64,000 nucleotides of DNA from Candidatus Nanohaloarchaea archaeon (GTDB taxonomy: Archaea > Nanohalarchaeota > Nanosalinia > Nanosalinales > Nanosalinaceae), in assembly GCA_013343275.1 (NCBI GenBank), contig CP046106.1, positions 736,001 to 800,000 of the forward strand, given 5' to 3'. A program made the translations under genes and the position numbers. The notes beneath the pieces are model-generated. The model was not told where the DNA came from. It ran no database searches and saw only the letters and a list, made by a program, of their open reading frames with translations. Shown here piece after piece: positions 29,633 to 38,410 of the stretch (position 1 is its first letter; every line of letters starts with the position of its first letter).

Positions 29633-30103
29633 ATGGGAGACTTCAGAGAACACGTGCTGTTTGGTTTTCTTGCTGCAGCATTAGTAAGCTACTTTTTGAA
29701 AGATATGCTTGTTCTTAACCCTATAGAAACAATGGTATCCTCAATAGCTATAGTAGTAGGTTCTGTACTACCAGATATAGATCACAAGAATGCTTATGTC
29801 CATAGAGCGGCTAAAGCTTTCTTCAGTATAGGCCTTGCTATTCTTGGAATAGTCTTTCTCCCTCTACCGCTGCACGTCAGGTTTGCAGTAGCTTCAGGGA
29901 TCTTTCTGTTGAGCTACGTCGGGTTCTCCTCTATAAGAATGAAGCACAGAGGATTTACTCACTCCTTCACATTTCTGCTGCTTGTCAGTTCAGGAGTGGT
30001 AGTTGGCGGCGTCTACAGCTTTGCATCTCCGCTTCCTGGCATTGCAATGGCTCTAGGTATTCTATCCCACCTGACGCTTGATCAGGAGTTCAAGATGACC
30101 TAG
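29633..30103 (+). CDS. Membrane metal-dependent hydrolase (YbcI/YdjM-like)
   Basis: GSVLPDIDH, HRGFTHS, SHLTLD. Confidence 0.85.
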   Translation: MGDFREHVLFGFLAAALVSYFLKDMLVLNPIETMVSSIAIVVGSVLPDIDHKNAYVHRAAKAFFSIGLAILGIVFLPLPLHVRFAVASGIFLLSYVGFSSIRMKHRGFTHSFTFLLLVSSGVVVGGVYSFASPLPGIAMALGILSHLTLDQEFKMT

Positions 30104-30558
30104 TCTTCCTTGACTTCTGCCACGTCGCCAAGAGTGGCTGATCTGTTATCGCCGGAGTCTGTTTCCTGATCCCAGGCCTCTGGAACTGTGTAAAGCTCGA
30201 TATTGAACTTTTTCTCCAGTTTCTGAGCCAGACTTTTCTCAGGCTTCAATTCCTGCTGCTCGATCTTCTTGAGCAATGACTCTTTCTCATTGAGGTCGTC
30301 GGCAAGCTCGCTGATCGAAAGCTGCTTGGATTCACGGGCCTTCTTCACTTCCTGACCGTAATCGTTGATCAGTACCTCCTCATTCCTCTTTCTTTGCCTC
30401 TTACTCTTCTTCTTTTTCTTCTGCTTTGATTTCTTGGAACTGGTCTTTACCTCCTCACCCATATCTGCGCATGAGTCACAGACCTGTAGAACCGCTCCTT
30501 CGATTTTAGTTTTGGTGGTTGAATCAGTTTCTTCTCCACAAAGTTGACATGTAGCCAT
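30100..30558 (-). CDS. mbf1: Archaeal multiprotein bridging factor aMBF1
   Basis: CQLCG...VCDSC Zn ribbon, HTH, TLGD C-terminus. Confidence 0.9.
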   Translation of the reverse strand: MATCQLCGEETDSTTKTKIEGAVLQVCDSCADMGEEVKTSSKKSKQKKKKKSKRQRKRNEEVLINDYGQEVKKARESKQLSISELADDLNEKESLLKKIEQQELKPEKSLAQKLEKKFNIELYTVPEAWDQETDSGDNRSATLGDVAEVKED

Positions 30559-30667
30559 TTCTCTCACTTGATGAAAATCCTGTTTTGGTTAGAATAGTTT
30601 TCAGTTTGAACTTTTTCTCTAACAGTTTAAGGACGTTGAAAGTTTAATAATTGCAGTGCTGACTTCA

Positions 30668-31204
30668 CTACTCCTGCAGCTGGTTCATAACAAGGCCGTA
30701 GATAATTGCAGAAATCGATATCGTCAGAAACCCGAGGCCCATGAAGAAGAAAATTTGCTCGGGATTACTGGAGGAGGCCTTCTCTGCCGCTTTCGGCGCC
30801 GACTCCATGCTGTGAGCCATTATTCCTGCGCTCCTGTCAGCGGCGTAGTTCTTCACTTCATGTTTCGGTGCTTCAATAAAGCTGGATCCTAGAAATCCAA
30901 GGCCTACTAGACCGGTGACTGTTGAGGAAACAATTGAGAACTTGACCTTCTTCTCTTTCTCATTAACTATTGTACGGGCCTTGTCTGTCGGATGGTAGAC
31001 CACTCTCTTCCTTCCGTCCTCCGAGTCCTTCTCAACCAGGCCTGAGCTCACCAGTGTTTCCAGGTGTGAGGAGATAGTGGATTTGCTTTTCCCTATGTCC
31101 TTACTGAGGTCTGTCGGTGTGTACTCTTTCTCCAGTACACGGCTTAGTATCTTTATGCGGGTTGGAGAGCTGAGGGCCTTCACGGTTTTGAAGTCTAACT
31201 CCAT
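30668..31204 (-). CDS. ArsR-family wHTH regulator with two C-terminal TM helices
   Basis: KALSSPTRIKIL, KSKSTISSHLETLVSSGLV; hydrophobic segments. Confidence 0.85.
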   Translation of the reverse strand: MELDFKTVKALSSPTRIKILSRVLEKEYTPTDLSKDIGKSKSTISSHLETLVSSGLVEKDSEDGRKRVVYHPTDKARTIVNEKEKKVKFSIVSSTVTGLVGLGFLGSSFIEAPKHEVKNYAADRSAGIMAHSMESAPKAAEKASSSNPEQIFFFMGLGFLTISISAIIYGLVMNQLQE

Positions 31205-31247
31205 GTTTGATCAGTAGAGCTGGTAATTTTTAATTTAACCATGTTTA

Positions 31248-31263
31248 TTCGGAATTTTTCGAA
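31248..31263. promoter_or_regulatory. Imperfect palindrome TTCG-N8-CGAA, possible operator
   Basis: In the divergent intergenic region between the ArsR-TM and histone genes. Confidence 0.35.
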
Positions 31264-31386
31264 CAAATCTTTCACTTCAACCTGATAACAAAAAATTGTT
31301 TTTCAGGCCTTGATAAGTTGCTTTTCCGGGTTTATTCCCCGTACCTATAAAAAAGAGGCAAGACAATACTTCTATGGTGATTTCAC

Positions 31387-31554
31387 GTGGTAGACGTACT
31401 AAAGAAGTCCGGAGTACGTGACGCTGCTGATGGCGTCAACGTAGGATCTGACTTCTACGACGCTCTAGATGAAGAAGTTAAAGACCTCATCGAGAGAGCT
31501 GTAGAAAGAGCAGACGCAAACGGACGTAAGACCGTCAAGGCAAGAGACGTATAA
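31387..31554 (+). CDS. Small single-fold archaeal histone (DUF1931-like)
   Basis: GTG start after GGTGA RBS (31376-80); MVDVLKKSGVRDAADGVNVGSDFYDALDEEVKDLIERAVERADANGRKTVKARDV*; below ORF-track cutoff. Confidence 0.9.
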   Translation: MVDVLKKSGVRDAADGVNVGSDFYDALDEEVKDLIERAVERADANGRKTVKARDV

Positions 31555-31607
31555 GTCTCTCACTCTTGACATACAACATTTACTCTCTTTTCTCTTTTTG
31601 ACTTATT

Positions 31608-31823
31608 CTAAAGCTCTTCTCCACGTCGCTCAGCTTCCTTCAACTCTTTCTCAACCTTATCCAGAGCTTCACGAAGCTGCTCAACAGTATCCAGATTCTC
31701 AACAGGTAGACGGCCTAAATCTCCGCCGTTAACCTCGATAACTGCTTTACCATCTTTCATCTTAACACTGTACTCGAGCACATCATAAGGCCCTTCTTCA
31801 AAATTATAGATAACTTCTGCCAT
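31608..31823 (-). CDS. Hypothetical protein
   Basis: MAEVIYNFEEGPYDV...; GGTGA RBS upstream; start refined. Confidence 0.65.
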   Translation of the reverse strand: MAEVIYNFEEGPYDVLEYSVKMKDGKAVIEVNGGDLGRLPVENLDTVEQLREALDKVEKELKEAERRGEEL

Positions 31824-31848
31824 GTACAAAAACAGGTGAAAGAAAGTT

Positions 31849-33159
31849 TTATGCTTTCTGCAAAATATCCAGCGCGACCTCAAGACCTCGCTCAGCAACA
31901 TCTTCCCTCTCGGCCTCGGAAATAACACGGATCTTGGGTGAAGAACCTGACGGCCTGATTAATACCTCTGCTCCTTCAATCCAGGCCTTTACTCCGTCAA
32001 CCATGGAAAGCACCTCATATTCATCTTCCACAGCTTCTGAGGTCAGAACCATCTTCTCGTTCTTGTCCTCAACCTGAATGCTGTCGCGTCTAACATGGTA
32101 TGTTGGAACTCTCTCCAGGCCTGAATCAATGTCTGATCCGGCCAGAATAAGGCCTGTCAGACTCCCGGAGTTGTACGGTACGAAGTCGAGGACAGAGTAG
32201 TGGCCGTTCGGCTCTCCGGCCAGAGAAGCATCGACTTCAAGGGCCTCGTCCATTACGAAAGGATCTCCAACACGAGTATAGTAAATTTCGTGGCCGTTGC
32301 TGCCTACAACATCTTCTACAGCCTGGGATGTATCTATAGAGGCTACTGTTGTTCCGGGAACTTTTTCCGCCATCAAGCAGAAGATTTCGCTCCCGGTGAT
32401 AAACTCGCCGTTGTATAACGTTACCCTATCCGCATCCATGTCTGTGGCAATGCCTAGATCTGCGTTCTCCTGTTTCACTCGATCTTCAAGTTCTTCAAGG
32501 TTCTCGGGCTTCGGATTTGGAGGATCCTGGTAGGGGTGTTTCTCTTTCTCCTCTGCAATATCTACTACTTCAGCTCCAAGCTCTTCCAGTGCCTCGGCCA
32601 GGAAATCTGTGGCTGCACCACCAAGAGAGTCTACAACTATCTTTTTATCGAAGTCTCCGTCGCTGTACTTTTCAGCAGTCTCAATGAGTTCTGTCCGGTA
32701 ATGATCTTTCATTGTTTCTGCTATGCTTTCTACAGTTCCTTCCCTGGCTGCAAAATCCTGGTTGCGGAATAAGTCTTTTACAGTATTCAAATCTTCATTT
32801 ACAAATCCGTTACCTTCTGGGTAGATCAGCTTGAAACCGTTAAAGTTCAAAGGCATGTGTGAAGAAGTTACCTGGACTGCAACAGCATCTCTCTTCATAC
32901 CTGAGAAAGCTGAGTAATCTGTAGGCCCGATGCCTGCGTCAAGAACTTTTACACCTGTAGATAGAAGGCCCTCGATCAATTTTTCCTTTAGAGGGCCTGA
33001 AGTTTCCTTGTTATCCCTGCAGACTACTACTTTGTCGCTAAAATTATTTTTTGCAAATGTTCCTATAGATTTTCCAAGTCTCTCCGCGAATTCTTCGTTC
33101 AGTTCTTCCGGGTATCGGCCGCGGATGTCGTATCTTTTGAAGACTTTCTCCGGCTTCAT
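31849..33159 (-). CDS. Phosphomannomutase/phosphoglucomutase
   Basis: FKRYDIRG, TSSHMP, DMDADR, GEPNGH, IRPSGS. Confidence 0.93.
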   Translation of the reverse strand: MKPEKVFKRYDIRGRYPEELNEEFAERLGKSIGTFAKNNFSDKVVVCRDNKETSGPLKEKLIEGLLSTGVKVLDAGIGPTDYSAFSGMKRDAVAVQVTSSHMPLNFNGFKLIYPEGNGFVNEDLNTVKDLFRNQDFAAREGTVESIAETMKDHYRTELIETAEKYSDGDFDKKIVVDSLGGAATDFLAEALEELGAEVVDIAEEKEKHPYQDPPNPKPENLEELEDRVKQENADLGIATDMDADRVTLYNGEFITGSEIFCLMAEKVPGTTVASIDTSQAVEDVVGSNGHEIYYTRVGDPFVMDEALEVDASLAGEPNGHYSVLDFVPYNSGSLTGLILAGSDIDSGLERVPTYHVRRDSIQVEDKNEKMVLTSEAVEDEYEVLSMVDGVKAWIEGAEVLIRPSGSSPKIRVISEAEREDVAERGLEVALDILQKA

Positions 33160-33161
33160 GT

Positions 33162-33641
33162 CTATCTATCCTCCAGAAATTCCAGTAAATCTTTTACTGA
33201 GTCGTCAGGCCTCTGAAAATGGAAACCTTCTACTCCTGCATCTTCAATTTCCTTTTCAAGGTCGTCTACAAGGAATTCAATGCCTTTCACGTCCTTGGAT
33301 TTTTCCTGCACAACTACGTGATCTTCAACAAATTTCAGCGCGCCTGAGCGCTCTACTTTCTCTTCCTGGAAGACCGGATCTCCTCTTGTAACTATGATAA
33401 ACTCGTGCTCAGACTCTTCCAGAAGTTTGATATCTTCGTATAGATACTCCGAGGCCTTGTCCAGGCTTTCCATTATTTTCTTCACAGAGATCCCGAGTTT
33501 CTCTGCGTGCTTCTCAGGGCTGTAAACTCCGTCAATCTTCGAGTATGTTTCCTGAAAGTTCTCTATCTCTGAGAAAAGCACTTCTTCCTTGAACTCGTCG
33601 GTTCTGAAAAGCACTCTGTCGAAATCAATACCTATTCTCAC
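33162..33641 (-). CDS. HAD-superfamily hydrolase
   Basis: IGIDFDRVLF, FLVDD. Confidence 0.75.
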   Translation of the reverse strand: MRIGIDFDRVLFRTDEFKEEVLFSEIENFQETYSKIDGVYSPEKHAEKLGISVKKIMESLDKASEYLYEDIKLLEESEHEFIIVTRGDPVFQEEKVERSGALKFVEDHVVVQEKSKDVKGIEFLVDDLEKEIEDAGVEGFHFQRPDDSVKDLLEFLEDR

Positions 33642-34837
33642 ACTACACCGCCATCTTTCCAGGTTCTACCACTTGGAACATTTTTACCGACTTTCTCGCC
33701 GCTGTCAACAGACGCGTCAAAACCAATCTTTCGGCCTGGCTTGATAGAGGTGTTAACCCCAATCTTGGCCTCCGATCCAATAATCGCACCCATCTTTCTC
33801 ATGCCTGTATCCATAAGCTCCCCCTTAACTGCCATTCTGACTGTAGCATCGTCGTTTCTCAGGTTAGCTGTCTTTGCGCCAGCCCCGATATTCACGTTTT
33901 TACCTATGTAGGAATCTCCTACATAACTGAAGTGGGGAACTGCCGAGCCTTCTCTGATTACAGTATTCTTAACCTCGGATTTTCCAACTTCAACGTTTTC
34001 ATGCAGGACTGTGCCCTCTCGTATGTATGCGTCGGGCCCTACTTCTGCACCTGATCTGATTATCGCCGGACCTTCAATTACGGAATGCTCTTTTACCTCG
34101 GCGCCTTCTTCTACTATAACATCCTCTTTAACGACCGCAGTTTCGTGAACTTCGCCATCGATACTCTGCTTTATATTTTCCAGTAGAGAACTGTTGGCCT
34201 CTACCATCTGCCATGGATAGCTGCATGGAAGCCATTCATCTGTTTCAAGGATTTTGACTTCTTCCTCTGCGATATACATGCTCAATGCGTCCGTTATCTC
34301 GTATTCTCCTCTCTGCGAGATCTCTACGTCCTCCAGGAGTTCGAAGAATCTCGGCTTTACAAGGTAGCAACCAATGTTTACGAGGTCGGATGGAGGTTCA
34401 TCCGGTTTTTCTACTATTGATTTAACCTCTCCATCCATTGTGTCCAGCACTCCGAAGTTTTCTGGATTGTCCGCTCTTGCAGCTGCAAAGGCTGTTTCAT
34501 GCTCCTTGATCTGTTTAATTGAGCTACCGTAGATATCGTCGCCGTTCATGATCAATGTTCTTTCATCGATAAGATCACGGGCCTGGAGAGCAGCGTGCGC
34601 GGTGCCCTGAGTCTCTTCCTGCTCTACAATTTTCACAGAAGTGTTTGAGAAGTATTCTTCGAACTGTTCGATTTCGTATCCAGCGACGACTATAATCTCG
34701 TCGACAAAATCCTGGATCAAATCGATATTGTGCTGAATGATCGGTTTGCCAGCTACAGGTAGAAGAGGTTTTGGCGTGTCCTCGGTTAGAGGCCTCATTC
34801 GAGTTCCTTCGCCGGCTGCAAGTATTACTGCCTTCAC
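33638..34837 (-). CDS. glmU: Bifunctional sugar-1-P nucleotidyltransferase/acetyltransferase GlmU
   Basis: LAAGEGTRMRPLT..PKPLL, RGEYEITD, hexapeptide repeats, HFSYVGDS; probable GTG start 34837. Confidence 0.9.
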   Translation of the reverse strand: MKAVILAAGEGTRMRPLTEDTPKPLLPVAGKPIIQHNIDLIQDFVDEIIVVAGYEIEQFEEYFSNTSVKIVEQEETQGTAHAALQARDLIDERTLIMNGDDIYGSSIKQIKEHETAFAAARADNPENFGVLDTMDGEVKSIVEKPDEPPSDLVNIGCYLVKPRFFELLEDVEISQRGEYEITDALSMYIAEEEVKILETDEWLPCSYPWQMVEANSSLLENIKQSIDGEVHETAVVKEDVIVEEGAEVKEHSVIEGPAIIRSGAEVGPDAYIREGTVLHENVEVGKSEVKNTVIREGSAVPHFSYVGDSYIGKNVNIGAGAKTANLRNDDATVRMAVKGELMDTGMRKMGAIIGSEAKIGVNTSIKPGRKIGFDASVDSGEKVGKNVPSGRTWKDGGVV

Positions 34838-34889
34838 GGTTGCACCTACCAATGTTAATGAGAGGAATGCTTAACTTTCTAATCAATCT

Positions 34890-35984
34890 TTACTTGCTGA
34901 TCTCGGATAGATCGGTCCTGGCATCAGGTACGAACTTCACGCCACGGATTGAGTTGTTCATGTCGACAAAGCTGCGTGCACCGATGAATGATTCTCTGAT
35001 GACTGAGCCTGACTTGAAGTCTCCTTCCTCGCCGATAATACAGCCTTCGATCATGACGAACGGGTCGACAATATTTTCCTCGAATAGTATGCTTCCGTCG
35101 ATCTCTGCGTTCCTGACCTGTGCGCTTTCTCCGACAGTGGAGTTCCTGATAACGGTGTTCGGGCCGACGACTGTGTTCTCTCCGATATAGCATTTTCCTT
35201 CGATAACTGTGCCTTCCTTCACTTCTGCCCCTGGCTCAACGACAGCATCACCTACTATTTCGGCTTCCTGGCTGACATCGGCATCCGGATTGATCTCTGT
35301 CTCACTGATCTCTTCTCGCTTAATTCTGTCGGCTTCCTGAAGCTTCCTAGGCCCGCCTATATCGAGCCAGTAGTTCTCGATCATCTCGAAATAGGCCTCA
35401 CCTTTTTCCGCGAACTCTGAGACTGCATCGGTCAGACTGCTGGATTCAAGGCCTTCAATAGTATCGAAGATCTCCGGATTCAGAATATAGATGCCTGAGT
35501 TCACGAGGCTGTTATCCGCCTCCTCCGGTTTCTCGGTGATGGAGTTCACCTGGTCGTGCCGGATGCTGAGCACTCCGAACTTCTCGGGCTTGTCCTCGTG
35601 AGCTGCCAGGATCGAGGCCTTGCCGCCGCTTTCGTCGTGTTTGTCTTTCAGGTTCTGTAGATCGGTCTCTGAGATCATTACGTCGCCGTTGACAACGAAG
35701 AAGTCTTCTTCAATAAAATTACAGGCCTTTACTGCGTCGGCTGTGCCTCCAAGTTCTTCCTGGTGTACAATATTGATGTTTGTGTATTCTTCGAATCTTT
35801 CCTCGAACTGTTCTTCGAGATGGTTGGTTACAAGGTAGATGTCGTCGACTCCGATCTCTTCCAGGCTTCTGATCAGGTGCTGGACAAGTGGCTTTCCTCT
35901 TACAGGCAGTAGAGCTGTTGGCTTGGTTTCGGAGAACGGGAACATTCCTTCCTTCTTTTTGGCGCAGGGTATTACAGCTTTCAT
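34890..35984 (-). CDS. GlmU/GMPP-like nucleotidyltransferase with degenerate NTP-binding loop
   Basis: AVIPCAKKKEGMFPFSETKPTALL replaces LAGGxGTRL..PK; EKP, NSGIY, left-handed beta-helix. Confidence 0.8.
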   Translation of the reverse strand: MKAVIPCAKKKEGMFPFSETKPTALLPVRGKPLVQHLIRSLEEIGVDDIYLVTNHLEEQFEERFEEYTNINIVHQEELGGTADAVKACNFIEEDFFVVNGDVMISETDLQNLKDKHDESGGKASILAAHEDKPEKFGVLSIRHDQVNSITEKPEEADNSLVNSGIYILNPEIFDTIEGLESSSLTDAVSEFAEKGEAYFEMIENYWLDIGGPRKLQEADRIKREEISETEINPDADVSQEAEIVGDAVVEPGAEVKEGTVIEGKCYIGENTVVGPNTVIRNSTVGESAQVRNAEIDGSILFEENIVDPFVMIEGCIIGEEGDFKSGSVIRESFIGARSFVDMNNSIRGVKFVPDARTDLSEISK

Positions 35985-35990
35985 AATTGA

Positions 35991-37244
35991 TCAACCGGCG
36001 ATAGTGCTACTTTTCTCTGCGTCAGGAATTTTTTTATCTTCAATTACTTTCTGCCGCATGATTTTCTGGGCCTTCTCCAGCTCGTCGAAGAACTTGCCCG
36101 AGTTATCTACGGTCTCCGTCCTTATGTCGAACAGGAGATCCATGAACTCCTCGGTCTCTCTTTCCGATACGCTGTCGTCTCGCTCTCCGGCCGCATTCAG
36201 CACACCTTTCTTCAGTACACGGTAGAGCTGGTCATGCATCAGATCGGGTACGTCAACTTTCTCACCGGAGTCGAGATTGTAAAGCTCGCCGTGAAGAAGG
36301 TCTCCAAGAAGATTAACCTCTCCCTCAACCACGAAGAAACGGCACTCCTCGTCGGAGAAGGCCTTTTCGCCTGCCTTGCTGTAGCTTTTATCAGATAGCT
36401 CCAGTCCGTGATCCTTCTCTATTTCCTTGCTGTCGGAGCTGAGGCCTATCCAGCTGGAATACATCTCTATATCAGTATCTCCTGCTGAAATGCTTGCTGA
36501 GGTCCTTGCAGTGGCAGCCTCCTCTATTTCCTGTGTCTTGCTACCTTTCAGGGTCATCATGCTGTCAGATCCTGCAGTTTTCGGCATGAAAAGTGATTCG
36601 GCATCTTCCAGCGATAGTTCTTCCTCGTTACCTGAGGCCTCGAGAAGATCCAGCAGGTATATCTCGTTGATCATCTTGTCAAGTATATCGCCGCCTTCCG
36701 TACCTGAGAACTTTGCAGGATCCAGAGATTTCTGAACTCCTGCCGTGCTCTCCCTGAAGGCCTTTAAATTATCTATTTTCTTTCCTTCTACCATTTCCAG
36801 TGCTTTCTGCACTACAGGGCTTTCTCTCTCGATGAAATCTACCTTCCACATCACGTCTTCCTGCTCGGCCAGTTTCTTCTCCTGCTTGTGCTGTTCCCGG
36901 GTCAGTGAAGGAGGTCTTTCAGCTATATGGAAGAAGTTCCTCCGCAGCGATTCATAGATATGTGTCGAGTGAGTGGCTGAGTTGCTGGCATCGTACACCA
37001 GAACCGGCGCATCATGTTTCTCCGCATGACTGTACATCTCGTCGGAGTCCTGGAATGTTTCAATATCTATATTGTTGGCCTCGGCAAACTTCTCCGCATC
37101 CTCCAGTCTCTCGAAATCTCTGTCGCATACGCCTGCAAGCTCCAGGTCGGCCTCCTGAAGATGGTTGTGCATATCTACAAACTTCTCGAAACCGTACCTT
37201 CCGAAGCTGCCGACACCTATCTGGTAAACTTTGACCTCTGTCAC
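35991..37244 (-). CDS. Divergent Gfo/Idh/MocA-like oxidoreductase
   Basis: IGVGSFG, GVCD, AERP, GGDILDKMINEI. Confidence 0.65.
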   Translation of the reverse strand: MTEVKVYQIGVGSFGRYGFEKFVDMHNHLQEADLELAGVCDRDFERLEDAEKFAEANNIDIETFQDSDEMYSHAEKHDAPVLVYDASNSATHSTHIYESLRRNFFHIAERPPSLTREQHKQEKKLAEQEDVMWKVDFIERESPVVQKALEMVEGKKIDNLKAFRESTAGVQKSLDPAKFSGTEGGDILDKMINEIYLLDLLEASGNEEELSLEDAESLFMPKTAGSDSMMTLKGSKTQEIEEAATARTSASISAGDTDIEMYSSWIGLSSDSKEIEKDHGLELSDKSYSKAGEKAFSDEECRFFVVEGEVNLLGDLLHGELYNLDSGEKVDVPDLMHDQLYRVLKKGVLNAAGERDDSVSERETEEFMDLLFDIRTETVDNSGKFFDELEKAQKIMRQKVIEDKKIPDAEKSSTIAG

Positions 37245-37324
37245 ACGTAAGAATTTGGTTTCAAGGGATTAAAACTTCTGCCAACCGATAAAAAACTTTG
37301 CAGTTTTATTATCTGTGAGTAACA

Positions 37325-37783
37325 ATGAGCGATGGTTCTGAAGGTTCGAAGGAGAAAACAGTGTCTGTCAGAGACACTCCTGAGAATGTGGACATCACGT
37401 ATGAACTTCTGGAGGATTCAGATATGTCGATGAGCGACTTCATCAGAACCTCAATGGAGCTCTACCGTGAGGACGAAGACTTCCGGCAGGGCATCAACAG
37501 CTACTGGAACAATGAAGTGGACTCTCTGACAGATTTCTACGACTCAGAGGAAGAAGCACTGGAGGATCTGGCCGGAGCCGTCCAGGAAGAGGCCGAATAC
37601 CTGGATCCGGAACATGTCGACTCGGCGCTCACAGGACTGATGGAGGGCCTCTACAGCAGGGATAGGGAACAGGTATCGGAGGCCGCTAAATATTTCGGAG
37701 CCATGGATCCTGATCTAGGGGTTACTGTGGCCTGGGGTGCAGGAAAATTTGCCGAAGATTACTGGGAAGACTCCTCGAAGTAG
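37325..37783 (+). CDS. Acidic hypothetical protein, possible N-terminal RHH
   Basis: KTVSVRD...MSMSDFIRTSME; very D/E rich. Confidence 0.6.
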   Translation: MSDGSEGSKEKTVSVRDTPENVDITYELLEDSDMSMSDFIRTSMELYREDEDFRQGINSYWNNEVDSLTDFYDSEEEALEDLAGAVQEEAEYLDPEHVDSALTGLMEGLYSRDREQVSEAAKYFGAMDPDLGVTVAWGAGKFAEDYWEDSSK

Positions 37784-37834
37784 GATACCCTATATAAAAT
37801 TTAAGTTCACGATTTTGTTCACGAGGTATTAATA

Positions 37835-38356
37835 ATGGGAGATAGGCCTGCACGAATTTACAGAGAGCACCCGGGTCAGCCGTATACTCGGCAGAGCCAG
37901 AAAAAGAAAGATAATTACATCAAAGGAGCTCCAGCTCCAAGAATAACACAGTTCGAGCAGGGAGCAAAGAAGAAGGAGTTCCCGAAGTCTCTTGAACTCA
38001 GAATCGAGGAAGAATGTCAGGTAAGAAGCGAGGCTCTGGAGGCAGGCCGTGTAGCAGCAAACTCTCACCTCAGCAAGGTTCTCGACCCTGAGGAAGGATA
38101 CTTCCTGAAGATTATACCTTATCCTCACCACGTTCTACGATACCACCCTCTTGCAGGAGTAGCACAGGCGGACCGTTACTACGAAGGTATGCGTAAGCCT
38201 TTCGGACGACCGATCGGCCGCTCCGCACTTGTAAACGAGGATCAGGCTATTATCCGTGTAGAAGTCGGAGAAGAAGACGTCGATGAGGCACGGAAGGCTC
38301 TCGAGCGTGCAGGCGACAAGATGCCTGTAACATGTAGAGTCAGGGTCGTAGAGTAG
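37835..38356 (+). CDS. rpl10e: 50S ribosomal protein uL16 (L10e)
   Basis: RPARIYR, ALEAGR, YPHHVLR, GMRKPFGRP.G. Confidence 0.96.
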   Translation: MGDRPARIYREHPGQPYTRQSQKKKDNYIKGAPAPRITQFEQGAKKKEFPKSLELRIEEECQVRSEALEAGRVAANSHLSKVLDPEEGYFLKIIPYPHHVLRYHPLAGVAQADRYYEGMRKPFGRPIGRSALVNEDQAIIRVEVGEEDVDEARKALERAGDKMPVTCRVRVVE

Positions 38357-38410
38357 AGAAACCCTCTTTTCCCCTTAACTATTAATCCGGCCTCTCCACA
38401 AATATTTTCT

